From: Octopus bimaculoides
Taxonomy: Eukaryota
DNA: 46,304 nucleotides
Direction of reading: 5' to 3'
Assembly: GCF_001194135.2 (NCBI RefSeq)
Contig: NC_068991.1
Location: 14,804,187-14,850,490, forward strand
Below are positions 11,479 to 21,663 of this stretch, piece after piece (position 1 is the first letter of the stretch; each line of letters opens with the position of its first letter). Under the pieces are notes generated by a model, which was not told where the DNA came from, did not search any database, and was given only the letters and a program-made list of their open reading frames with translations. The position numbers were made by a program, and so were the translations under genes.

Positions 11479-11820
11479 GAGCACATCGCACTCGATATAT
11501 ATTGCAAGCGAGGATAGATCTCCCTACCACCCTAGCTCAGAGACTGCCAAACCATGTGATTTCGAGCTTATTGGGTTGTCCTCAGTGATGGGCACTCGTC
11601 TGCTACACCTGCCAGACTAGGTTGCTAGTCGCAAAATCAGTGACTGTATGACACTGTCTTTTCTATATATTGCGAGCTGGTTTAGACTTCTGCCATGTCT
11701 AGTAAACCAGTGCCCATACTGAGGATGATCCAATAAGATCGAAACCATTTGGTCTGATGGACTCTGAGCTAGGATGATAGGGGGTTACCTCTTGTAATAT
11801 ATATCGTGTGCGAGGCGCAC
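11479..11820. mobile_element. ~340-bp foldback element with an HHR in each arm (PLE-derived / retrozyme-like)
   Basis: Left arm cgatatatattgcaagcgagg...cctagctcagag...tttcgagcttattgggttgtcctcagtgatgggcact versus reverse complement of right arm cgatatatattacaagagg...cctagctcagag...tttcgatcttattggatcatcctcagtatgggcact. Confidence 0.8.
11714..11760 (+). ncRNA. Type I hammerhead ribozyme motif (GUC triplet; predicted cut after 11754)
   Basis: ccata-CTGAGGA-T-GATC caataa GATC-GAAA-CC attt GG-TC-TGATGG. The left arm supplies the missing C (ccatca) that gives a 6-bp stem I CCATCA/TGATGG. Confidence 0.75.
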
Positions 11821-11946
11821 TTAAAGCCAGCAGCTTATTTAAGTGACGATAAACATTACTCCTCGGAATGAATACTGCTCTTATCTCTTATAGATATTTT
11901 CTTAACGAACTACGATGCTAGTTGAAATGTGTGTGTGTGCGCGCGC

Positions 11947-12016
<70 letters not shown>

Positions 12017-12019
<3 letters not shown>

Positions 12020-12243
12020 CAATTGCAGCGTGGAAGGTGTTTATAAGCCATTTAAGAAACACACAAACACCGTTAGATTCACTTCAACATCTAAATTTAA
12101 TTTGGCAAAATATTTTCGTCGCTTTGAGACCGCGACCTGTTCACTGAAAAATTCGTGGTGCGTCGAATTTTGCTTTTAGAAGCGTTGAGATGTCTTAGAA
12201 AGTTAAAGAAGTGATTTTTAAATTCTCAATCGCAGGATAATGC
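12017..12243 (-). mobile_element. Dispersed repeat carrying a variant HHR
   Basis: Starts at the end of a (GT)n run; 12170-12243 recurs inverted at 23940-24008; contains the motif below. Confidence 0.6.
12099..12153 (-). ncRNA. Candidate type I hammerhead with G3-C8 swapped core (GUGAACA)
   Basis: Minus strand: aatttttca-GTGAACA-G-GTCGC ggtctcaaa GCGAC-GAA-AATATT-T-tgccaaatt. Perfect 5-bp stem II, palindromic stem III AATATT, stem I 7 of 9 pairs. Confidence 0.6.
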
Positions 12244-12694
12244 TAATAATACAGCCTGAACAGGATAAACTACCCCTATGTGTGTCACTCTGTCTGTCTG
12301 CCTGTCTGCCTGTGTCAGTGTGTGTCTCTGTGTTTATCATATGGGTCGATAAATGTGTCATAACAGTGGTGTGTGAAACGATGTTTTGAGTTACCTCTGT
12401 TAACACTTTTAACACTGTCAAAAGGGAAAACCTAGTCATGTGATCAATGAAAATCGATAAAATATGTACCAGATTGAAATGTGTGTGTATTGTGGTCGAT
12501 GAAATCGCCTGGAAATCCTTGAAAGTGTTTGTTCCATCATGGCGACAGTCAAATTGTTGAAACAAGTAAAACTATAAAAGAATAATATTCACACCCAAAC
12601 TGCCAATGCCAATCTTTTGAATACGAAACCTAAAAACATTCTTAAACATCATACACCGCCTCAACTTGACAGCAACGGCTATGCCTTTGCTTCT

Positions 12695-12702
12695 GCTGCT
12701 GG

Positions 12703-12752
<50 letters not shown>

Positions 12753-12815
12753 TTACTACTACTACTACTACTATTACTACTACTATTATTGCTACTACTA
12801 CTGCTGCTGCTGCTA
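12695..12815. repeat. (CTA)n/(CTG)n trinucleotide array
   Basis: Directly visible. Confidence 0.95.
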
Positions 12816-12967
12816 CTGTTGCCGTTGCTATCACGGACACCATAACGATAACAGCTTCATCCACAGAACGAAATATAAGCAAGATTGGTCGGCGACTGTT
12901 GAATGACACGTGTCTCCTTATCTGTCATTAATTTCTTTACGTGACAGCTTATAGTAAGGAGGGAAAG

Positions 12968-13017
<50 letters not shown>

Positions 13018-13532
13018 GAAGAACAAACAGGGAAAATTGAAAGAGAGACAGTGAGTGAGACGGCGATGTTGAAAGACGTCTGTCAGAAGAAGTTGTTTTA
13101 ATGAACTGTTTACCAACGCACAAGAACATATACATATTATGTATACACATGCACACACACATATATATATATATACAAACATTCCTACATGTCCACAAAC
13201 ATACACACACACACACATATGTATATATATATATATATATACACACACATATATATACACTCACATACACATGCGTACATATATATTTATTTTTTTACCT
13301 CTCGTTCTGGTCTAACGACCTTCCATGTTTGTTTTCGTTCGGTTTCCTTGTATGTCTCCACTGTCATGTTTTTGTCCCCAACTCTGACCCTCCATAAATC
13401 CTAAATTTTATTTTAGAATTTAAGGGAGCAACTGTCTTTGAAGACTCATATTGTCGTTGAATGCTCGAAATGCGGAGTAGAAAGACAGTCGACAACTGAT
13501 GAAGGGTCCTTTCTCTGTGTTTACTTGTCCTG

Positions 13533-13822
13533 TTCTATATTTAAGAGAAGAGGAATTATGTACATTATTTACATTATTTATACTTGACGGATATTTGTCC
13601 TCACCTTGTTTCTTGTTAACACAACGTTTCGGCTGATATACCCTCCAGCCTTCATCAGGTGTCTTGGGGAAATTTTGAACCTGGGTTTTCATCAAAAAAA
13701 AAAAACCTTAGGAATGAAAACCCAGCTTCAAAATTTCCCCAAGACACCTGATGAAAGCCGAAACGTGTTAACATCAAACAAGATGAGGACAAATATCCGT
13801 CAAATATAAATAATGTAAATAA
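13533..13822 (-). mobile_element. 290-bp palindromic PLE-type terminal-repeat insertion with 13-bp TSD
   Basis: Arms ~13570-13703 and ~13723-13822 are inverted copies; flanked by exact TTTACTTGTCCTG at 13520-13532 and 13823-13835. Confidence 0.85.
13619..13662 (-). ncRNA. Minimal type I hammerhead ribozyme with intact core (GUU triplet)
   Basis: Minus strand: ACAC-CTGATGA-A-GGCTG gagggtatat CAGCC-GAA-ACGT-T-GTGT. Loopless palindromic stem III ACGT of the dimer-forming type known from PLE termini. Confidence 0.8.
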
Positions 13823-13954
13823 TTTACTTGTCCTGCTTTCCATTTTTTCTCGTCGTTAACGTATTTAACTCGTTTGTTTGTGTATTTCATGATATTTGCA
13901 CCATTAGTGATGTCTTGTACCTATATCTGTGTGTGTGCGTACGTGTGTGTGTTT

Positions 13955-14170
13955 TCGTGTCTGTGTTTGTCCCCCACCAACGCTTGACAACCGTTGTTGG
14001 TGTGTTTATGTCCCCATAAGTTAGCGGTTCGGCAAGAGATCGATAGAGTAAGTACCAGGCTTTATTAAAAAGAAAAAAAAAGAATACTGAGGTCGAGTCA
14101 TTCGACTAAAAACTCTTCAAGGTGGTGCTCCAGCGTGGATGCATTCCAATGAATGAAGCAAGTAAAAGAT
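13955..14170 (+). mobile_element. SINE family B (body and 3' end)
   Basis: cgcttgacaaccgttgttggtgtg...cggttcggcaagagatcgatagagtaagtaccaggc...tcgactaaaaactcttcaaggtggtgctccagc...caagtaaaagataaaa. Confidence 0.85.
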
Positions 14171-14938
14171 AAAAACAAATGTCACATAAAATGTAATAAA
14201 TAAAAGCACCTCGTGTACATGTATGTGTGTATGTGCGTGCGTGTGTTGTTAAAGTGCATGACAAAATATTTATAGTACTCAGTTCATGAACATACGCTGG
14301 TGGCTTCAACTCCCGGACATGGGGCTATGTTGTGTCCCTGTCCAAGAATTTTATATAGAACTATCACGTCACTGATTGTCTTACATCGCTGGTCACAGAG
14401 CTATTCCATCTTTCTTATACCATATGAAGCGAGATACAGTTTGTAAAAACAGAATGTCCCGTAGCAGAAGATATGCAATGCTTCTTTCACGTTGCTTCAA
14501 TCTACTCAGCTTTGATGGTCACAGGTCGGGGGATAACGCTAGCTTCTCTCCCTCCAGCAGTCTCACATCTTGCTTGTTCGGTTGAGTGAAGGATAAGGGG
14601 TCTCGAAGGCATGTCTACGTCTGCTCGAGATTACATAGGCACCGAAAGCTATTAGTAAAAGAACAGTAATGTTATTAAACCATACGTGTCCGCATGTGAC
14701 GGCAAACTGTACTGTACTTGAATATACTTATCATAAAATAGATAAGAAAATGTCAGCGTTTAGAGATTGTTCTTAAGATTTTCATAAATAATATTACCAT
14801 ATTTCTTCAGTTTAAAAAACTTTGGTAAAGTTTAAGCTTATAAATTATCCTTGTGTAAAAAGAAAAAAAATTGACTAAATTTAAACTATGACATTCACCA
14901 TTGGAAATATGTTGTTTATATACATGCTCACATATATG

Positions 14939-14976
<38 letters not shown>

Positions 14977-15705
14977 NNNNNNNNNNNNNNNNNNNNNNNN
15001 NNNNNNNNNNNNNNNNNNNNNNNNNNNNNNNNNNNNNNNNNNNNNNNNNNNNNNNNNNNNNNNNNNNNNNNNNNNNNNNNNNNNNNNNNNNNNNNNNNNN
15101 NNNNNNNNNNNNNNNNNNNNNNNNNNNNNNNNNNNNNNNNNNNNNNNNNNNNNNNNNNNNNNNNNNNNNNNNNNNNNNNNNNNNNNNNNNNNNNNNNNNN
15201 NNNNNNNNNNNNNNNNNNNNNNNNNNNNNNNNNNNNNNNNNNNNNNNNNNNNNNNNNNNNNNNNNNNNNNNNNNNNNNNNNNNNNNNNNNNNNNNNNNNN
15301 NNNNNNNNNNNNNNNNNNNNNNNNNNNNNNNNNNNNNNNNNNNNNNNNNNNNNNNNNNNNNNNNNNNNNNNNNNNNNNNNNNNNNNNNNNNNNNNNNNNN
15401 NNNNNNNNNNNNNNNNNNNNNNNNNNNNNNNNNNNNNNNNNNNNNNNNNNNNNNNNNNNNNNNNNNNNNNNNNNNNNNNNNNNNNNNNNNNNNNNNNNNN
15501 NNNNNNNNNNNNNNNNNNNNNNNNNNNNNNNNNNNNNNNNNNNNNNNNNNNNNNNNNNNNNNNNNNNNNNNNNNNNNNNNNNNNNNNNNNNNNNNNNNNN
15601 NNNNNNNNNNNNNNNNNNNNNNNNNNNNNNNNNNNNNNNNNNNNNNNNNNNNNNNNNNNNNNNNNNNNNNNNNNNNNNNNNNNNNNNNNNNNNNNNNNNN
15701 NNNNN

Positions 15706-15770
<65 letters not shown>

Positions 15771-15794
15771 ACGTATGTATATACGTATGAATGC

Positions 15795-16205
15795 ATTGAA
15801 TGATGCAGTTATATAGACTCACATACAGAACTTCAAGTTTCTATACCAACGATACGATGATCGTTGCACTTCATCATCTATCGCACTGAAGCGGTCATCG
15901 TATCACTAACACAGAAACTTGAAGTCCTGTACTAAGTACTAAGGCGGCGAGTTGGCAGGGCGAAATGCTTAGCGGTATTTCGTCTGCCGCTACGTCCTGA
16001 GTTCAAATTCCGCCGAGATCGACTTTGCCTTTCATCCTTTCGGGGTCGATTAAATAAGTGCCAGTTACGCACTGAGGTCGATATAATCGACTTAATCCGT
16101 TTGTCTGTCCTTGTTTGTCCCCTTTGTGTGTAGCCCCTTGTGGGCAGTAAAGAAATAAGAAACCTGAAGTCCTGTGTATGTGATTCTATAACTGTATCAT
16201 TCAAT
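15795..16205. repeat. Foldback (MITE-like) element interrupted by a SINE
   Basis: 15824-15860 is inverted at 15895-15931 (7 transition differences); 15795-15842 is inverted at 16158-16205; 18-bp duplication agaaac(t/c)tgaagtcctgt at 15913-15930 and 16158-16175. Confidence 0.75.
15941..16162 (+). mobile_element. tRNA-derived SINE family C, young copy
   Basis: aaggcggcgagttggcag...gagttcaaattccgccgagatcgactttgcctttcatcctttcggggtcgattaaataagtgccag...tagccccttgtgggcagtaaagaaataag; nearly identical to the inverted copy at 27782-28027. Confidence 0.92.
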
Positions 16206-16703
16206 AGAATATAGTCCACCATATGTATATATACATGCATGTATGTATGTATGTATGTATGTATGTATGTATGTATGTGTTGAAAAGATTAAGAGGTTTC
16301 TCACAAGTATATTTATATCAAAAAACAAGCAAATAGAAGCCAAGGGTACTGCTATCCGTCCGATCTAGTTACAATCAGAAGGATTCTAAACACCAGCATC
16401 ATGTCATTTTTGTAAAACAAAAAGCAATGGAACGTCCACAACTGATATCATGAAAGACTAATTTAGTTTATTTCAACAAATTTTTACTTTTATTTTCTCT
16501 TGAATAAATCGTGCTTCTAAAGCGATTGTAACCAGTAGCATACTTTGACAAAAATCCAAATACTTCCTTTCTTTCTTTTTATCCATGATATAATTCTCAA
16601 AGCATTTTCATTTATTTGTTTTTTCAACATACACACATATACGCATGTATATGCATATGTGTGCATATACATGTATATGTATATGTACAAGAGAACAGAG
16701 ATC

Positions 16704-17100
16704 GATGAGGTTTTCACTATTTGACAGGAGAGTTACAATAAAAAGACAGAATGAAGGCATTAGTGTGGTAGGAGGTTTATTTAAATATCGACTTTTCTCC
16801 TAAAGTTATTCTCTGTAGCAACCATTATATCGATGTGTCAAACTTCTCATAATAGGCGTCTCTCCGCCGTTGCATCAACCTCTTCGCCAATATTTTATTA
16901 TATCCACGCTTAGTCTATAGTAACTGATTGCAAGTACTTTTCCTGCTAAATAAGTAGTACGTGGTTCAATACACACCAGTGAATTTGCTTTATAGACGAG
17001 TGGATCGGCAAGAAATAGCAGACTGCCAGAGAATGTTATACCTGCTGCATTTATGCACGAGTAAGTTCTTATTTCAAATAGAACTTAGATTTCACTTTGA
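16704..17100. repeat. ~400-bp unclassified repeat, copy 1
   Basis: Colinear with 18125-18530 throughout (ttcactatttgaca...aaagttattctctgtagcaa...aaacttctcataa...gattgcaagt...caccagtga...gcacgagtaag...tttcactttg). Confidence 0.85.
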
Positions 17101-17434
17101 TCGTTACAATTGCATGAAGACTTTAAGATAAGATGCAATGGGTTGAATCAGATATAGTTTTGGTAAAGTCGTTAATTAATTGGCCAGAGGAAGGAGAATT
17201 ACAGTGAGTGTCCTGGATCTTAGAGACGGTGTACGGATAGAGAAACTAATTAGAGAAACTATGATTTATCAAGTACAGTCTACAGAGTTCTACACAGTTT
17301 CCGTATGTTCCAGTCTCTTTCGCAATGCTCGCGTAGATTCGAGGATATGGTACCATATAGTGGGATTGAACGCAGTACAGCATGATATATTGGTTTCAAA
17401 TTTTGCTAGCAGGTAATTCGAGGTGGCGTGTAAT

Positions 17435-17817
17435 TCGATTGCATCGACCCCCAGTTCTCTATAACGACCTCGAAAGTATGAAAGGCAAAGTCAAACTTGG
17501 CGGGGTTTGAACTCAGAAGGTAAGGATGGACGAAATGCCGCTAAGCATTTTGTCCAGCATGCTAGCGATTCTCCCTGCTCGCCGCATTACACCTATTATA
17601 TATTCTTTTCTACTCTGCGCACATGGCCCGAAATTGGAGGCGGGAGGACAGTCGATTAGATCGTCCCCAGTACGCAACTGGTACTTAATTTCTCGATTCC
17701 GAAAGGATGAAAGGCAAAGTCGACCTCGGCGGAATTTGAACACAGAACGTAAAGACAGACGAAAAACCGCTAAGTATTTCGCCCGGTGTGCTAACGTTTC
17801 TGCCAGCCCGTCGCTTT
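17435..17817 (-). mobile_element. Two head-to-tail SINE family C copies
   Basis: atgaaaggcaaagtc...gaactcaga/gaacacaga...cgaaa..ccgctaag.attt occurs twice (17435-17585 and 17612-17817). Confidence 0.88.
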
Positions 17818-18124
17818 TACATCTATTACATATTAATGTATATTATATATCATTTAGGATCGTGGCAAATGACTCTATTTTTCGCGCTAACGCATAGGAT
17901 AAATAATACTCATTTTTCGCGGCTTACTAACGGTTCTGCCATCTTGCCGTCTTAGTACAACATAATACATTACGAACCGAACCACTTAACTACACGATCA
18001 TGTCAGCGCCTGACTTCAAGGTGTAAAATGCATTTTATGAGAAATAACACTCAGTTTTCGCTGGTTTGGCAGGTATAAACAAGGAAAGCAAAACCGAAAA
18101 AAAGAGACAAAACGAGAAACCGTT

Positions 18125-18530
18125 GAGGTCTTCACTATTTGACAAGAGAGTGACAATAAAATGACAGTATAAAGACATTGGTGTGGTAAGAGATTTGTTA
18201 AATATCAACTCTTCTTAAAGTTATTCTCTGTAGCAACAATAACATCGATGTGCCAAACTTCTCATAACAGGCGCTTCTCACTCCGCCGCCGTATCAGTCT
18301 ATTATTCGATATATTACCATAACCAAACTTAGTGAGGTGTAACAGATTGCAAGTTTTCCTCGGTAAAGAAGTATTACGTGGTTCGATACCCACCAGTGAG
18401 TTTGATATTTATTTTGTTTCAGAAGAGAGGGGATTGGCAACAGGCGCTAGAAAACCAGACTAAATTACCTGCTGTATTTAGTTACGCACGAGTAAGCTCT
18501 TCGTTCAAATCGAGCCTGAGTTTCACTTTG
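18125..18530. repeat. ~400-bp unclassified repeat, copy 2
   Basis: Direct-orientation diverged copy of 16704-17100. Confidence 0.85.
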
Positions 18531-18911
18531 TTTCTCAGTATTCTATGTTCAATGAAATGAATGCGCAATAAAATACAAAGATTGATATAATCCATTGAAG
18601 TTTGTGGCATTGTGAAGAAATTAGAAATCAATACTATCGATAGTTATCCAAACATCATCAATGGTAAACTTAATCTCTTCTTTTTCGTAAGTTACTTTAA
18701 AGATTACACATGGAGAAGTCAGCAAAAGTAAGGATTAAATGAGATACAATAGTGATGCCATTAAATTGAAGTAAGTATTATTCTTCATCAGATGTTTATT
18801 ATGATTATATTATTCTTACGAAATAGGTGCTGTTTGATTCTATATATACACATGCACACTCACGTACGCACACACACACACACAAGCATACACACACATT
18901 TACGAATGTAA

Positions 18912-18956
<45 letters not shown>

Positions 18957-19420
18957 TTGCGTGCGTGTATGTGAGTTCGTGTGCACGCATGCGTCTGTAG
19001 TGTTGATGTATGCTCGTACGTTTTGGGGTACAAACAAAAGTAGAAAGCAATCGCTGCAGACGTTTCAAATTGGACCTGAATATATATACATATATNNNNN
19101 NNNNNNNNNNNNNNNNNNNNNNNNNNNNNNNNNNNNNNNNNNNNNNNNNNNNNNNNNNNNNNNNNNNNNNNNNNNNNNNNNNNNNNNNNNNNNNNNNNNN
19201 NNNNNNNNNNNNNNNNNNNNNNNNNNNNNNNNNNNNNNNNNNNNNNNNNNNNNNNNNNNNNNNNNNNNNNNNNNNNNNNNNNNNNNNNNNNNNNNNNNNN
19301 NNNNNNNNNNNNNNNNNNNNNNNNNNNNNNNNNNNNNNNNNNNNNNNNNNNNNNNNNNNNNNNNNNNNNNNNNNNNNNNNNNNNNNNNNNNNNNNNTATA
19401 TATATATATATATATATATA

Positions 19421-19790
19421 TGGGTCATCCCATAAATGATGTGAGTTTTTCAATTGCATGAAACTAAAAGTCGGAGAATGGGGGCGGGATAAACTACCTG
19501 CATCAACTTGCAGGTAGCAATTTTACCTTATACTTATTCTTAGTGTAAGATTTGAAGAGTGTAGTTCGATTTTAACTTATATCTTCAAAGCTATAATGGG
19601 TGTGACAAAGGAGCGTATTCGGCATATTTTGCTTTGTGAGTTCTATAAAAGCAATAATGCAACGGAGAGTGCGAGGAATATTAACGCGGTATATGGGGAA
19701 TCTGACAATAAGCATAAGCGAGTGTCAACGGTGATCCCAGAAATTCCGTGCCAAAACAACAGCCTAGAAAACAAGTCTCGTCCTGAAAGA
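19421..19790 (+). mobile_element. Mariner 5' fragment (TIR, 5' UTR and N-terminal HTH), second family
   Basis: TIR-like tgggtcatcccataaatgatg after (TA)n; MGVTKERIRHILLCEFYKSNNATESARNINAVYGE then frameshifted TISISECQR*SQKFR...SLENKSRP. Confidence 0.85.
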
Positions 19791-20425
19791 TGCAAGTTTT
19801 AAAAGCTATTAACTCATTATATATTAATTTATGGGGAAAATGAATTTCACGACAACGCTTACTTTACAAAACTACACCAATATCCCAAATATGAATTCAA
19901 TTTGAACAAAAATTGAAGAGATTGAAAGGTGGCAACCAAACAGAAAAGATCCACGTCCTTCAATCATTTCCAATTAGAAAATGATTTTATATATCCTAAT
20001 TCTATAACGCACAAATTAATATATGTCAATTAACAAATAATTGTTCCATTCTGTAACATTAAGCGAACACAAACTTGGCAGGTTTCGAATATGGAATCAA
20101 GTGAAATGCTACAATATTGCACTTGTTAATTATCCCCAGAGGTCTGCTGTTTCTGTAACTTTTACTGATTCAGTTTTATCGACTGCATTAAACATTATAG
20201 TTTATATTATAATGGCTAATCAAACATACGGGCAATCATACACAGGGGAGATAACCTATGGTGTCAGATGGATTTCATTTTCGTTTATATACAGATGTGT
20301 TAATTACACACCGATGGTGTTAACTAAACATCGGCAGCAATTGAAATCATTAATTATAATATCTACAGAATCGAGATATATATAAACGTGCGCGCATTAA
20401 TGTGTGCGTGTGTACGTGAATGCGA

Positions 20426-20481
<56 letters not shown>

Positions 20482-20744
20482 TTAAGATGTTTGTTCGTAA
20501 CTTTGTGGCTTCATGTCGGGCGATGTCCTGTGAATGAAATTTAGTAATTAGAAACTGTTACGAAGCCTGTCATGTATACGTATGCACGTGCGTGCGCGCG
20601 CGTATGTATGTGTGTCTGTTTGACCTCTTTTATTACTAATTATTTGAAGTCTACTTGTAAAGAAAGAGCTGGTTTCTAACACCCATACAAAGCACTATCG
20701 TTGGAATGTAGGTATCAAAAACAATGTTAAACTCTCTTTTACTC

Positions 20745-20897
20745 TTTACTCTTTTACTTGTTTCAGTCATTTGACTGCGGCCATGCTGGAGCACCGCCTT
20801 TAGTCAAGCAAATCGACCCCGGGACTTATTCTTTGTAAGCCTAGTACTTATCCTACCGGTCTCTTTTTGCCGAACCGCTAATGTCGGGGACATAAAC
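20745..20897 (-). mobile_element. SINE family B (3' half)
   Basis: cttttacttgtttcagtcatttgactgcggccatgctggagcaccgcc...ctagtactta...ctctttttgccgaaccgc. Confidence 0.9.
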
Positions 20898-21062
20898 GGC
20901 ATTTCGTCCGTCTATGTTCTGATTTCAAATGTCGCAAGGGGGCGAATTTGCCTTCCATTCTATCGGGGGCCGATAGAATAAGTACCAGATAAGTACTGGG
21001 GCTCGATGTAATCGACTTACCCCTTCCCCCGATATGGCTGGCGTTGTGCCAAAACTTGAAAT
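20897..21062 (+). mobile_element. SINE family C, 5'-truncated and diverged
   Basis: cggcatttcgtccgtc...ttcaaat...ttgccttccattctatcggg...gatagaataagtaccag...tggggctcgatgtaatcgactta...gtgccaaaacttgaaa. Confidence 0.8.
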
Positions 21063-21132
21063 CATCATTATCATCATCATCATCATCATCATCATTATTA
21101 TAATCATTAAACACACACATACACACACACGC

Positions 21133-21165
<33 letters not shown>

Positions 21166-21443
21166 TGTATGTTTATCTCTGTGTGTGATAGAGAGAAAGA
21201 GAAAGAGAAGAGACAGACAAATAGATAGTAAGGTATTGCTGAATTAGTTCCCTTGGGCTAAACCTTGTGCCCAATTCAATCAAATATTCATGACTGACTT
21301 GGTTTTTCTCAGCGTATTGAAGCCATTTTATCAGTAAATGTTAATTGTTGCTTATAGCTTGATAATTTTAGCAATTCCATTCCATCATTATCACGCACGC
21401 AGGTACGCACACGCCCGCATACATACATACATACATACATATA

Positions 21444-21477
<34 letters not shown>

Positions 21478-21533
21478 CATACATACATACATATATACAT
21501 ACACACATACACTTATTGTCTGTTGTAGATAGA

Positions 21534-21569
<36 letters not shown>

Positions 21570-21570
21570 G

Positions 21571-21663
<93 letters not shown>

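Noticed and set aside
18112-18150. GAAACCGTTGAGGTC as HHR stem III with a GUC site
   Set aside because: No core on either side, and not conserved in the paralogous copy at 16704.
19815-19845. Right TIR for the 19421 mariner (atttatggg)
   Set aside because: Only 9 nt match; insufficient to define an end.
20041-20385. 114-aa plus-strand ORF in unique sequence
   Set aside because: No recognisable domain or convincing splice sites; a length like this can arise by chance.
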